A program made the position numbers and the translations under genes. A stretch of DNA of 33,054 bases, taken from assembly GCA_035063585.1 (NCBI GenBank), contig JAPSGB010000047.1, forward strand, positions 1 to 33,054. Direction: 5' to 3'. This DNA is from Polyangiaceae bacterium (lineage in GTDB: Bacteria > Myxococcota_A > Polyangia > Polyangiales > Polyangiaceae). A model generated the notes under the pieces. The model was not told the origin of the DNA and ran no database searches. It worked only from the letters and a program-made list of their open reading frames with translations. Below are positions 10,364-19,946 of this stretch, piece by piece. How positions within the stretch are numbered: position 1 is the stretch's first letter; each line of letters begins with the position of its first letter.

Positions 10364-11539
10364 GTGACACCGGATTTCATGCAGCTCGGGCGGGGGACCA
10401 AGGCGCTGCTCCTGCTCGCGGCGGTCGCGGTGATCCTGGCCGCGCTGAAGTCCGCCGCGCCGCTCATCGTCCCGGTGCTGCTCGCGGCCTGCGTGGCCGC
10501 CGCGACGCAGCCCATCGTCGACTGGCTCCGGCGGCGCGGGGTGCCGACCATCCTCGCGGTCACGGTCGCCATCCTCATCGTGCTCGGCGCGCTCACCGGC
10601 TTCGGCGCGATGCTCTACACCGCGGGCGGCGAGCTCACCGAGTCGATGCCTCGCTACGAGCGCGGCATCGTCCAAACCAAGCTTCAGCTCGTCACCTGGC
10701 TCGCCCAAAATGACTTCAACCACGTCGCCGCCATGGCGCGCGCCTTCGACATGTCGGACGCCGTCCAGCAGGGCGCGACCCGGGTCATGCTCCAGATCCC
10801 CGGGGTCATCACCGTGCTCGGCATGGTGATCCTGGTCGTGCTCTTCATCCTGCTCGAGGCCGCGAGCTTCCGCGGAAAGCTCCGCCAGGCCTTCGGCTGG
10901 CGCGCGCAGGCGTTCGGGTACGTCGAGCAGACCATCCGCGAGGTGCAGCGGTATCTCCTCGTGAAGACCGCGGTCGCGGTCGCGACGGGGCTGCTCGCCG
11001 GCGCGTGGTGCGCGATGTGGGGGCTCAAGAGCGCGGCGCTCTGGGGTGTGCTCGCGTTCATGCTGAACTACATCCCCAACATCGGCATGGTGGTCGCCGC
11101 GCTCCCGCCCATCGTCATCGCGGGGCTCGAGGCCGGGCCCGGCGCGGCGGTCGGGGTCGGCTCCGGGTACTTCGTGATCGGGATGGCGGTCGGCAACCTC
11201 ATCGAGCCGCGCGTGCTCGGCCACACCCTCGGGCTCTCGCCGCTCGTCGTCTTCCTCTCGATGGTGTTCTGGGGCTACATCCTCGGGCCGATCGGCGCGC
11301 TCCTCTCGGTGCCGCTCACCATGGTCGTGAAGATCGTGCTCGCGCACACCGACGATCTCGCCTTCATCAGCGTGCTGCTCGGCGCCGGCGAGGCCGGCGA
11401 AGATCGGGCGTACGTCGATCGCCAGCGCGAGTCGCGGGCGCGCAGCTCACTCATGCCGCCCGCCGGCGGCGCCGCCCCCGACTCGAGCGCGCCGCCTTCG
11501 GCCGACTCGGACGTCGCGAGGCCAGCGCGAGCGACTTGA
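10364..11539 (+). CDS. AI-2E family transporter
   Basis: Multi-pass membrane protein with WGVLAFMLNYIPNIG and IEPRVLGHTLGLSPLVVFLSMVFWG..GPIGALLSVPLT. Start 10364 or 10379. Confidence 0.92.
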   Translation: MTPDFMQLGRGTKALLLLAAVAVILAALKSAAPLIVPVLLAACVAAATQPIVDWLRRRGVPTILAVTVAILIVLGALTGFGAMLYTAGGELTESMPRYERGIVQTKLQLVTWLAQNDFNHVAAMARAFDMSDAVQQGATRVMLQIPGVITVLGMVILVVLFILLEAASFRGKLRQAFGWRAQAFGYVEQTIREVQRYLLVKTAVAVATGLLAGAWCAMWGLKSAALWGVLAFMLNYIPNIGMVVAALPPIVIAGLEAGPGAAVGVGSGYFVIGMAVGNLIEPRVLGHTLGLSPLVVFLSMVFWGYILGPIGALLSVPLTMVVKIVLAHTDDLAFISVLLGAGEAGEDRAYVDRQRESRARSSLMPPAGGAAPDSSAPPSADSDVARPARAT

Positions 11540-11540
11540 T

Positions 11541-11610
11541 GGGGTTGCCGGTCCGGCGCGAAGCCGCGCGGTTCGCCTCGCGGGGTTCCGCGCCGAAGCG
11601 GCCATCCTCC
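11541..11610. repeat. Palindromic dispersed repeat, copy B
   Basis: GGGGTTGCCGGTCCGGCGCG...GGTTCCGCGCCGAAGCGGCCATCCTCC, similar to copy A. Confidence 0.6.
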
Positions 11611-11671
11611 AGGCTCTCACTCCCCCCGGCGGCGCGCCTCGCTCGCCGCTCACAGAAGAACAAAAACGACG

Positions 11672-13129
11672 ATGAATGAACCAACGCTGCCGCCGCCCGG
11701 TCGGCGCATCTACTGCAACCGCACCCTGAACCTCAGAGCCGTGAAGGCCGTCGGGTGTGACATGGACTACACCCTCATCCACTACAAGTCGGAGGTGTGG
11801 GAGGCGCGCGCCTACGCCATCACGCGCGACCACCTCGCCCGTCAGGGGTTGCCGGTGGCGGGGCTCGAGTTCGATCCTTCGTTCGCGACTCTCGGGCTCA
11901 TCTTCGACCTGGAGCTCGGCAACATCGTGAAGGCGAACCGCTTCGGCTTCGTGCGGCGCGCGAGCCACGGGACCCGGATGCTCGACTTCGAGGAGCAGCG
12001 GGAGGCCTATTCGCAGGTGCAGGTCGACCTCTCCGAGCCGCGCTGGGTGTTCATGAACACGCTCTTCGCGCTGTCGGAGGCGTGCCTCTACGCGCAGGTG
12101 GTCGATCTTCGGGAGGCCGGGAAGATCGATCGCGCGCTCGGCTACGCGGAGCTCTATCGACGGGTGAAGAGCGCGCTCGACGAGACGCACCTCGAGGGGA
12201 CGCTCAAGGAGGGCATCATGGCGGAGCCCGACACCTTCGTGGTGCTCGACCCGGAGCTTCCGCTCGCGCTCCTCGATCTCAAGCACGCCGGCAAGAAGCT
12301 GATGCTCATCACCAACTCGGAGTACTCGTTCACGCGGGCGATGATGAGCTACGCGTTCGATCGTTTCCTCCCGGCGGAGCAGACCTGGCGCTCGCTCTTC
12401 GACGTGGTCCTGGTCGGGGCGCGCAAGCCCGCGTTCTTCTCGCAGGCGGGCCCGGCGTTTCGAGTGGTCGATGAAGCGCGCGGGCTGCTCGAGCCGTGGC
12501 GCGGCGCCCTCCACGAGGGCGGAGTGTACCTCGGCGGGCATGCCGGCCTCGTCGAGGAGTCGCTCGGGCTCCGCGGCGACGAGATCTTGTACGTGGGAGA
12601 TCACATGTTCGCCGACGTGCACGTCTCGAAGGCGCTGCACCGCTGGCGCACGGCGCTCATCGTGCGCGAGCTCGAGGGCGAGCTCGCGGCGCTCGACGGG
12701 TTTCACGGGCGGCAGGCCGAGCTCACCCGGATGATGAGCGACAAGGAGCTCTTCGAGCATCGCTTCAGCTTGCTCCGGCTCGAGCTGCAGCGGCTCGAGC
12801 GCGGCTACGGGCCACCGCCCACTCGCACCGAGCGCGAGCTCCGCGCGCAGATGACCGAGCTCAGGAACCGGCTGGTCGCGCTCGACGAGCGGATCGCGCC
12901 GCTGGCGCGCGCGAGCGCCGAGCTCGAGAACGCGCGCTGGGGGCTCATCATGCGGACCGGCAACGACAAGAGCCACCTGGCGCGGCAAATCGAGAAACAC
13001 GCCGACATTTACACCTCGCGGGTCTCGAACCTCCTCTGGTCGACGCCGTTCGTGTACCTGCGCTCGCCGCGCGGCAGCTTGCCGCACGACAGCGGCCCCG
13101 CGGGCGGGGTGAGCTCGGCGCCCGACTGA
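11672..13129 (+). CDS. HAD-IG family 5'-nucleotidase (cN-II-like)
   Basis: IYCNRTLNL, DMDYTLIHY, LITNS, ARKPAFF, YVGDHMFADV, WRTALIVRELE, ADIYTSRVSN. Confidence 0.93.
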   Translation: MNEPTLPPPGRRIYCNRTLNLRAVKAVGCDMDYTLIHYKSEVWEARAYAITRDHLARQGLPVAGLEFDPSFATLGLIFDLELGNIVKANRFGFVRRASHGTRMLDFEEQREAYSQVQVDLSEPRWVFMNTLFALSEACLYAQVVDLREAGKIDRALGYAELYRRVKSALDETHLEGTLKEGIMAEPDTFVVLDPELPLALLDLKHAGKKLMLITNSEYSFTRAMMSYAFDRFLPAEQTWRSLFDVVLVGARKPAFFSQAGPAFRVVDEARGLLEPWRGALHEGGVYLGGHAGLVEESLGLRGDEILYVGDHMFADVHVSKALHRWRTALIVRELEGELAALDGFHGRQAELTRMMSDKELFEHRFSLLRLELQRLERGYGPPPTRTERELRAQMTELRNRLVALDERIAPLARASAELENARWGLIMRTGNDKSHLARQIEKHADIYTSRVSNLLWSTPFVYLRSPRGSLPHDSGPAGGVSSAPD

Positions 13130-13184
13130 CGCGGCGCGTTGCGTGAGCGCGGGGCGAACTCGCCTTGACCGAGCTTCGACGGGC

Positions 13185-14879
13185 GTGAATCATCTCGTCG
13201 TGGCGTCGCGCAACCGATCCGTACTCACCGCTTGGAATCTCCTCCTCACGGCTGCGCTCGGCGTCGCGGCCGCCGCGGCCTGCTCCGCGGCCAACGGCTC
13301 GACGAGCGGCGCTGGCACCGGCGGCGCGGGCGGCAGCGCCGGCAGCGGCGCGACCGACGGCGGAGCGGGCCTGGCCGGCGCGTCGGCGAGCGGCGGCGCG
13401 GCGGGCTCGGACGGCGGGAACCAGACCACCGTGGTGATCGGTCCGGGCGCGGATGCGTCCGCCCCCGGGAAGTTCGGCGGCGCGGCGGACGCGAGCTCGC
13501 CCATCGACGTCGTCTATCCGGAGAGCGGGATCCTGGTGCCGCCGAACATGAACTCGCTCGAGATCCACTTCGTCCCGTCGGCCGGGCAGACGCTCTTCGA
13601 GCTCCGCTTCGAGGCTCCCTCGCTGAACTTCGTCGTCTACACCGGCTGCAGCGCGGTGTCCGGCGGCTGCGTGTTCAGCGCGGACAAGCAGTTCTGGCTC
13701 GAGCTCGCCGAGTCGGCGCGCGGTCTCGCCCCGGTTCGCTACACGATCCGCGGCGTGAACGGCGCGTCGCCGAGCGGGGTCGGCGAGTCCACGAGCCACG
13801 AGCTGACCTTCGTGGGCGACGATCTCACCGGCGGTCTCTACTACTGGAACGCGGCCTCCGGCTCGATCATGCGATACGACTTCGGCTATCCGCTGCAGAC
13901 CGCGAGCGTCTTCCTCAAGGGGAACGGCCCCGCCGACTGCCTCGGCTGCCACGTGCTCTCGCGCGACGGGACGCGCATGGCGGTCGGTCGCGGCATGCCG
14001 GGGCTCAGCTACACCGTCTATGACGTCGCCACGCGCACGCCGCTCAACGTGAACGGCAAGAACGTCGCGGGCGCCGGGAGCTTCTTCGCGTTCTCCGCGC
14101 CCGACCCGACGGATTTCCTCTTCTCGGGCGGCCCGGCGATCAAGTGGATGGATCTCACGACCGGCGCCATCAAGAACGGCAATCTGACGCCGGGCTCGAT
14201 GCCGGACTGGTCGCCGGCGGGCGACGAGATCGTGTACGCCAAGGGCGGGGGCGTGCAGGGGCCGACCGGCGTCACCAACGCCTCGCTCGAGCTGCTCCAC
14301 TTCGACACCACCAACCGGGTCTGGAACAACCCGCGCACGCTCGTGCCGTTCGCCGGTCAGAACAACTACTATCCGACCTTCGATCCGAGCGGAAACTGGG
14401 TGCTCTTCAACCGCTCGCCAGGCAACCACGACTCCTACGAGAACATCGGCATCGGCGACGGCGGCCCGGGAGATGGCGAGCTCTGGATGGTGAACGCGAA
14501 GACGGGCGGCAACCCGATCCGGCTCGATCGCGCCACCCTGCCCGGCTCCACCTCGTGGCCGAAGTTCGCGCCCGCGCTGGCGTCGTACTGGGGCGGCAGC
14601 GTGGTGTGGATCACCTTCTCGAGTGAGCGGGCCTACGGTCTCCGCAAGCCCGAGAACGGCGGGGTCCAGCTCTGGATGACGGCCATCGATCTGGACAAGG
14701 CGCAGGCCGGGCAAGATCCGAGCTTCCCGGCGTTCTGGCTGCCGTTCCAGGACATGAAGACCGGGAACCACATCGCCCAGTGGGTGACCACCGTGGTCCG
14801 CAAGCCGTGCGCGAAGTCCACTGACTGCGAGGGCGGCGAGACGTGCGCGAACGGGCAGTGCGTCCCCGTGATCAAGTGA
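13185..14879 (+). CDS. Lipoprotein with TolB-like/PD40 beta-propeller and Cys-rich tail
   Basis: Lipobox AAAAC, Gly linker, PDWSPAGD, YYPTFDPSG, WPKFAP and FSSERAYG repeats; C-terminal CAKSTDCEGGETCANGQC. Start uncertain (13143-13200). Confidence 0.75.
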   Translation: MNHLVVASRNRSVLTAWNLLLTAALGVAAAAACSAANGSTSGAGTGGAGGSAGSGATDGGAGLAGASASGGAAGSDGGNQTTVVIGPGADASAPGKFGGAADASSPIDVVYPESGILVPPNMNSLEIHFVPSAGQTLFELRFEAPSLNFVVYTGCSAVSGGCVFSADKQFWLELAESARGLAPVRYTIRGVNGASPSGVGESTSHELTFVGDDLTGGLYYWNAASGSIMRYDFGYPLQTASVFLKGNGPADCLGCHVLSRDGTRMAVGRGMPGLSYTVYDVATRTPLNVNGKNVAGAGSFFAFSAPDPTDFLFSGGPAIKWMDLTTGAIKNGNLTPGSMPDWSPAGDEIVYAKGGGVQGPTGVTNASLELLHFDTTNRVWNNPRTLVPFAGQNNYYPTFDPSGNWVLFNRSPGNHDSYENIGIGDGGPGDGELWMVNAKTGGNPIRLDRATLPGSTSWPKFAPALASYWGGSVVWITFSSERAYGLRKPENGGVQLWMTAIDLDKAQAGQDPSFPAFWLPFQDMKTGNHIAQWVTTVVRKPCAKSTDCEGGETCANGQCVPVIK

Positions 14880-15316
14880 CGCTCGCTCGGGGCCTGCGCC
14901 GGCTCGGTGAGTATCGAGCGCTCGCGCTCCTCTGCTGCGCGGGCTACCTCGTCGCCGGTAGACTCGCCCACAACGTCTACCCCTTCTCCGTCTACGACAT
15001 GTACGCGGCTGGCGCGGAGTCCTCCGCGAGCCAGCTCGCCGCGCGCGATCGCAACGGGAAGCTCGACGACGTGAGCGCCTACGAGGCTTGGAGCTGCCCG
15101 ACGGCGGTGCGACCGAACCCGACCGCCTGCGAAGCGTTCCCTTTCTACTACATCCCTTATCACGACGCCGAGGCCGCCCAGTGGATCGAGCGCCACGCCG
15201 GCGGCGAGGGGGGCGAGCCGGTCGAGGTCGTTCATCACATCTGGAACATCGGCGCGTCCGGTGAGCTCACCACTACCGACTGCGTGGTCGCGCGCTGCAC
15301 CGCGAGGCGGCGGTGA
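14876..15316 (+). CDS. Hypothetical membrane-anchored protein with YPFSxYxMY motif
   Basis: GTGA overlaps with both neighbouring genes; one hydrophobic segment followed by YPFSVYDMYA. Confidence 0.65.
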   Translation: MTLARGLRRLGEYRALALLCCAGYLVAGRLAHNVYPFSVYDMYAAGAESSASQLAARDRNGKLDDVSAYEAWSCPTAVRPNPTACEAFPFYYIPYHDAEAAQWIERHAGGEGGEPVEVVHHIWNIGASGELTTTDCVVARCTARRR

Positions 15317-16635
15317 GCGTGAGCCCCTGGGGCGCGAGCCCGCGGCGCGGGCTCCGCGTCGGGCTCGCCCTCGTCCTTGCCTTCGACGCGACCATCGCGG
15401 CAAATGCGCTCTCGCACGCGGAGGTGGGGGAGGACTCGATCCGCGCGGTCCCGTGGCTCCTCGCGCTCGGCGGGCGACCGCTCGTCGTCTGGGCGTTGGC
15501 CGCCGTAGCGTATCTGGCGGCGTTCATGTTCGCGCGCGCGCGTCGGCCGATCGCGAGCGGGCTCGTCGCGCTCGCGGTGCTCGGCGCGCTCGTTGGCGCG
15601 CTCACGGCGCTCCAAGCCATGGTCCCGCGAAACTTCTACGTGACGGGCACCGCGGTCACCGGCTGGCTGGTGGGAGAGCTGGTCGAGTGGGCGCGGCGGC
15701 GGCGCGGCGAGCCGGTGGCGAGCCCGGGCGCGCTCCCCGAGGCGGGCGCCGCGGGGGCGCTCGCTGCGATGTACCTGTCGGCCGCCGTGAGCAAGCTCAC
15801 CCTGACGGGCGCCGAGTGGCTCTCCCCAGTCACGCTCGAGAGCCTCGTCCTCACCCAGCACTCACTCTCCGATCAGTCGCTGCTCGCGAGCTACATGCGG
15901 CTCGTCGCGACCACGCCGAGCCTCGCCACCGCGCTGGCCGGCGCCGCGCTCGTGATGCAGCTCTTCGCCCCCGTATGGCTCATCGGTCCGAGGCTCCGCG
16001 CGGCTTGGGGCACGCTGTTTCTGGCGTTTCATTTGAACGTCTTCTTGTTGACCGGGATCCCCTACCTCGAGCCTTTCGCGCTCGTGCTGCTCTTCTCGTA
16101 TCCCTGGCCGAAGCTCGCGGCGCGGCTGCGGCGACAGGCGCCCGGCGGGGAGGTCGAGGCGCCCGAGCGCGGGCCTGCGCTCGCGCTCGTCGCGATCCCG
16201 CTGGCGCTCGCGCTCCTCGGCCTGGCCGCGCGCACCGCGGTCCCCGAGCCGCTCCGCTTCGTCTCCGGGAGCCTGAACGCCCCGGCGGCCCGCTCCTCTC
16301 GGCCCGCCGAGGCCCCGCTCGCGCGGTTCGGGCCGCTCGCGGTCGGGGAACCGCTCGCCGACGGGTGGCGGCTCGACGCGCTCGAGCTCCGCGGCGAAGA
16401 GGTGCGCTTCTGGATCGCCCGCCAGGATCAGCGGCTCTACATCGCGGTCGTGCCCTCGGTCGAGCGCGCGCGGGGGGTCTTCGCGCGCGACGGAGCGGAC
16501 GCCTTCCACGAGCAGACGAAGCTTCCGCTCGAGCAGTTCGACGCTGCCGGCAAGCGCCTCATGGCGCGCCTCGCCGAGGCCGCCGGGTCGCGCCCGCTGT
16601 CGGACGCGCTCCGCGCCTGGGTGGCCGCGCGCTGA
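15313..16635 (+). CDS. Polytopic membrane protein, HTTM-like, with soluble C-terminal domain
   Basis: Several TM helices; YLSAAVSKL..G.EW and FHLNVFLLTGI resemble HTTM-domain motifs. Confidence 0.6.
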   Translation: MSVSPWGASPRRGLRVGLALVLAFDATIAANALSHAEVGEDSIRAVPWLLALGGRPLVVWALAAVAYLAAFMFARARRPIASGLVALAVLGALVGALTALQAMVPRNFYVTGTAVTGWLVGELVEWARRRRGEPVASPGALPEAGAAGALAAMYLSAAVSKLTLTGAEWLSPVTLESLVLTQHSLSDQSLLASYMRLVATTPSLATALAGAALVMQLFAPVWLIGPRLRAAWGTLFLAFHLNVFLLTGIPYLEPFALVLLFSYPWPKLAARLRRQAPGGEVEAPERGPALALVAIPLALALLGLAARTAVPEPLRFVSGSLNAPAARSSRPAEAPLARFGPLAVGEPLADGWRLDALELRGEEVRFWIARQDQRLYIAVVPSVERARGVFARDGADAFHEQTKLPLEQFDAAGKRLMARLAEAAGSRPLSDALRAWVAAR

Positions 16636-16657
16636 GGCGTCCCGGAGGCGCCCGCGC

Positions 16658-19159
16658 TCAGAGCGAGATGTCTACGGTCGCCTCGCCGGGGCCCACCTTC
16701 ACGAACAGGCTCCTGCCGTCATGATACCAGCCGCTCGCCGCGGCCTCGAGCTCGGCGAGCGACCCGGCTTCGGCGCCGCGCGACACCGTCGCGGGCTTGC
16801 GGGTCACTCCGAGCACCTCCCAGAGGACGCCATACTCGAACTCCGCGCCCGCTCTGCTCTCGAGCACGAGCGTGTCGCCGTCGAGCGTCTGCGCGAGCTC
16901 GGCGCCGTCGAAGAGCGTGAAGGTGCTCGCCCCGCCGGGGAACACGCGCGCGTAGATGACTCCCGGGGTGGTCGCGTACGAGTCGACGCGGTCGGGAGCG
17001 GTGGTCGGCGCGAGGGTCTCGATGGTGGGGCGGAGGAGCGGCACGATCCCGCCGCTCCTCAGGTAGAGCGGCAGCTTGTCGAGCGGCGCGGCGACGATCT
17101 CCCGCCGGTCGCCGTCGTGCACGGAGCCGTCCCACCAGTCGATCCAGGTTCCTGGTGGAAACAGCACGCTCCGCTCGCGCTGCGCGCGCTCGAGCACCGG
17201 CGCGACCAGGAGGTCGTCGCCGAACAGGTATTCGTCCCACGGGTGCTCGCCGAGCTCGGGGTAGACGAGGCCGAGGGGGCGCTGGAGCGGTCGCCCGTCC
17301 TTCGCGAGGTTTGCCGCGTACGTCCACGCGTAGGGCCAGAGGCGAAGGTGCAGGCTCGTGTAGCGCCGGTACCAGCCGAGCATCTCGGCGTCGAAGCCGT
17401 TCTCCGGCGTCGGCTCCCAGGCGACGTCGTTCGAGTTGGTGCCGATCTCCATGACGCTCCCGAGCGCGGTCTGCTCGAACCACCGCGTGAAGAGCTCCTT
17501 GTCGGGCGGGGCGTCGCGGTAGCCGCCGGTGTCGGAGGCATAGAACGGAAACCCCGACGGCCCGAGCGTGAGCCCGGCGATCATCGAGGCGGGCAGCCCG
17601 CCGACCGCGCGCGACCCGCCCGGCAGCGGCTCGCCGTGACGAGCGAAGCTCGCGTCCAAGTCGCCGGGCCAGATGATGACGCCGCGTGTCTGGTCGCCGG
17701 CCGTCGAGTGGCGGCAGAGGAGGAAGCCGCCGTCCTCCGGTAGGAGCTCCGCGTAGGCCGCGTGGTACGAGCGCTGGAAGAGCTGATGCATGGTGCGCTC
17801 GTCGCTGCCGTCGAAGAACTTCCACTCGTTTCGCGCGCCGAAGATGCCCGGCACGACGTCCTCCCCGTAGTCGAGCTTGAAGCCGGCGACGCCCATCTTC
17901 GTGTACTTCGAGATGAGCGACTGCCACCACGCGAAGGCGTCCGGGTTGGTGAGATCGATGGGGCGCCCCCATTTGTTGACGAGGAGCCCGGTGACTGGCG
18001 GGTAGTAGCCCTTGGCGCTCGCCTCGTCGCGCAGCGCCTGGGTAGCGAGCGCTCCCTCCGGGCTCTTCTCGTCGAGGTACGGGGTGTGCCAGAGCGCGGT
18101 GTGAAATCCGAGCCCGTGCAGCTCGTCGAGCATGGCCGGCGCGTCCGGGAACTGCGCGGGGTTGAAATCGAAGGTGTTTACCGCGGTCGCGTAGGGCCGG
18201 TCGATCCAGTAACCGGTGGCCGGCAGATCGAGGTCGCGCATGGTGGAAAGATCGCCCAAGACCTGCGCCTGGTCGTCGTTCTCGTTGCGCCACACCCAGG
18301 GGCCGAGCGCCCAGCGGGCGGGCAGCTTCGGGTAGCCGGTGAGCTCGTAGTAGTGCCGCGTGACGTCGAGCGGGTGGGCGGCGCCGAACAGGTGGAAGGC
18401 GAGCCCGCTCGACGACGCCAGCCCGAGGCCCCAGGTCGCCTCGACTCGATCCTCCTCCTTCGCCGCGACGTCGAACGCCGCCGGGTGCGGGTCGTCGACG
18501 AACAAGCCCCAGCCCCCGGTCCCGATGAGGAACGGGATCGGCACGTGCGCCTCGTTGTTCGCGCTCTCGAAGGAGCCGTCCACCTCGAGCTGCATCGCGC
18601 GCACCTTGCCGCGCTGGTTCACGTCGTCGAAGCTCTCGCCGAGCCCGTAGAACGCCTCCTCGCGAGCGACCAGCGGGCGCAGCCGCAGGTACGCGACGCC
18701 GGTCGCGTCGTCGCTCGGCGTGAAGCGGAGCGCGAAGCTCCCGGCGGCCGTCTCGCGCGCCTCCACGGTCGCGGTCTGTCCCTCAGGGAAAGATAGCGCG
18801 AGCGTCACCGAGCTCGCGCTTCGGCTCGTGAGCTTCGCGCGCGTGGCCGCGAGGAAGCGGAGCCCCTCGGGCGGGTTATAGACCCTCGCCTCGCTCGCGA
18901 GCGGATACGGATCGTAGTTCACCGCGTCGCTCACCTCGTCGACCCGACCGAGCACGAAGCCGTCCACCGGCAGCGTGACCAATCGCTCGCCGCCGCGCGA
19001 CTCCACGAGCCCCGTGCCAGGCACGAACGCGAGCGTGATCTCGCCGGAGCCGATGGTCACCGGCCCCGCGCCCTCGTCCTCGGCCGCGCCGCAGCCGAGG
19101 AGCCCGCCGGCGAGCGCCCCGCAGATGACCGCCGCTCCGGCCCCATGGGTGAACCTCAT
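16658..19159 (-). CDS. Glycoside hydrolase family 31 lipoprotein (alpha-glucosidase/xylosidase-like)
   Basis: Lipobox LLGC; FYGLGE, LTGYPKLPARWALG, GFKLDYGE (nucleophile), WPGD (acid/base), SDTGGY, ELFTRW, YLFGDDLLVAPV. Confidence 0.93.
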   Translation of the reverse strand: MRFTHGAGAAVICGALAGGLLGCGAAEDEGAGPVTIGSGEITLAFVPGTGLVESRGGERLVTLPVDGFVLGRVDEVSDAVNYDPYPLASEARVYNPPEGLRFLAATRAKLTSRSASSVTLALSFPEGQTATVEARETAAGSFALRFTPSDDATGVAYLRLRPLVAREEAFYGLGESFDDVNQRGKVRAMQLEVDGSFESANNEAHVPIPFLIGTGGWGLFVDDPHPAAFDVAAKEEDRVEATWGLGLASSSGLAFHLFGAAHPLDVTRHYYELTGYPKLPARWALGPWVWRNENDDQAQVLGDLSTMRDLDLPATGYWIDRPYATAVNTFDFNPAQFPDAPAMLDELHGLGFHTALWHTPYLDEKSPEGALATQALRDEASAKGYYPPVTGLLVNKWGRPIDLTNPDAFAWWQSLISKYTKMGVAGFKLDYGEDVVPGIFGARNEWKFFDGSDERTMHQLFQRSYHAAYAELLPEDGGFLLCRHSTAGDQTRGVIIWPGDLDASFARHGEPLPGGSRAVGGLPASMIAGLTLGPSGFPFYASDTGGYRDAPPDKELFTRWFEQTALGSVMEIGTNSNDVAWEPTPENGFDAEMLGWYRRYTSLHLRLWPYAWTYAANLAKDGRPLQRPLGLVYPELGEHPWDEYLFGDDLLVAPVLERAQRERSVLFPPGTWIDWWDGSVHDGDRREIVAAPLDKLPLYLRSGGIVPLLRPTIETLAPTTAPDRVDSYATTPGVIYARVFPGGASTFTLFDGAELAQTLDGDTLVLESRAGAEFEYGVLWEVLGVTRKPATVSRGAEAGSLAELEAAASGWYHDGRSLFVKVGPGEATVDISL

Positions 19160-19274
19160 GTCGCGAGTATAGAATGAGGATCGCGTTCATTTTTTGTCGG
19201 TTCGGCGCGGCCCCGGGGCGGGGCGCCGCCGGGCCCGTTCGCGGCCCCATTTGTCGCGCACGCGCCGCGGCGTT

Positions 19275-19856
19275 ATGACGGCGGACATGCGGTTCAGAGC
19301 CTGGCTCCCGGGGGTCGTCGCGGTCATCGGTCTGCTCGCGTGCGGGGGCTCGACGCCGCCCGCCGAGCCTCCTCCGAAGGAGGAGGCGCCCGCGCCGCCG
19401 CCTCCTCCTCCCGCCGAGGAGCCCGCCCCCGCCGAGAGCGCGGAGCCCGCCGCCGAGCCCGCTCCCGAGCCCGCGCCGAGCAAGCCAGCCTCCAAGGCCA
19501 CCATCAGCGGCATCAGCATCAGCGACGTCGAGGGCCCGGTGGTGGTCGCGGCGATGCAGAAGCTCGGCTGGGCGCCCGAGTCGGTCGAGATCTCGGGCGG
19601 CAACATCGGAAAGTTCGAGAACATCCGCTTCACCTTGGCGAAGGATGGTACGGGTGGGAGCGTGGAGATCGTGCGGCCGGCGCACTCACCGCAGCCGGGC
19701 GCGAGCATGATGTCCCCCGAAGCTCAGCGCGCGGACGCCGAGAAGCGCGGCGCGGCCTACTATGATCCGGACGCCGACGTGCTCGTGGTGGTGGTGGTCG
19801 ACGGCAAGCCGGGCGTCGCCAAGCAGCTCCTCGGCAAGTTGGTGCAGAAGCCCTGA
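19275..19856 (+). CDS. Pro/Ala/Glu-rich lipoprotein of unknown function
   Basis: Lipobox LLAC, PAEP-rich linker, small globular C-terminal domain. Start 19275 or 19287. Confidence 0.7.
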   Translation: MTADMRFRAWLPGVVAVIGLLACGGSTPPAEPPPKEEAPAPPPPPPAEEPAPAESAEPAAEPAPEPAPSKPASKATISGISISDVEGPVVVAAMQKLGWAPESVEISGGNIGKFENIRFTLAKDGTGGSVEIVRPAHSPQPGASMMSPEAQRADAEKRGAAYYDPDADVLVVVVVDGKPGVAKQLLGKLVQKP

Positions 19857-19946
19857 GGTCGCGCGGGCCTCGCGGGCGAGCGTCTGCGCGCCGACCCGCG
19901 GCGCGGCTTCCTCGAGCTCGAGTAACCCGAGATGGAGCGCTCTCCG

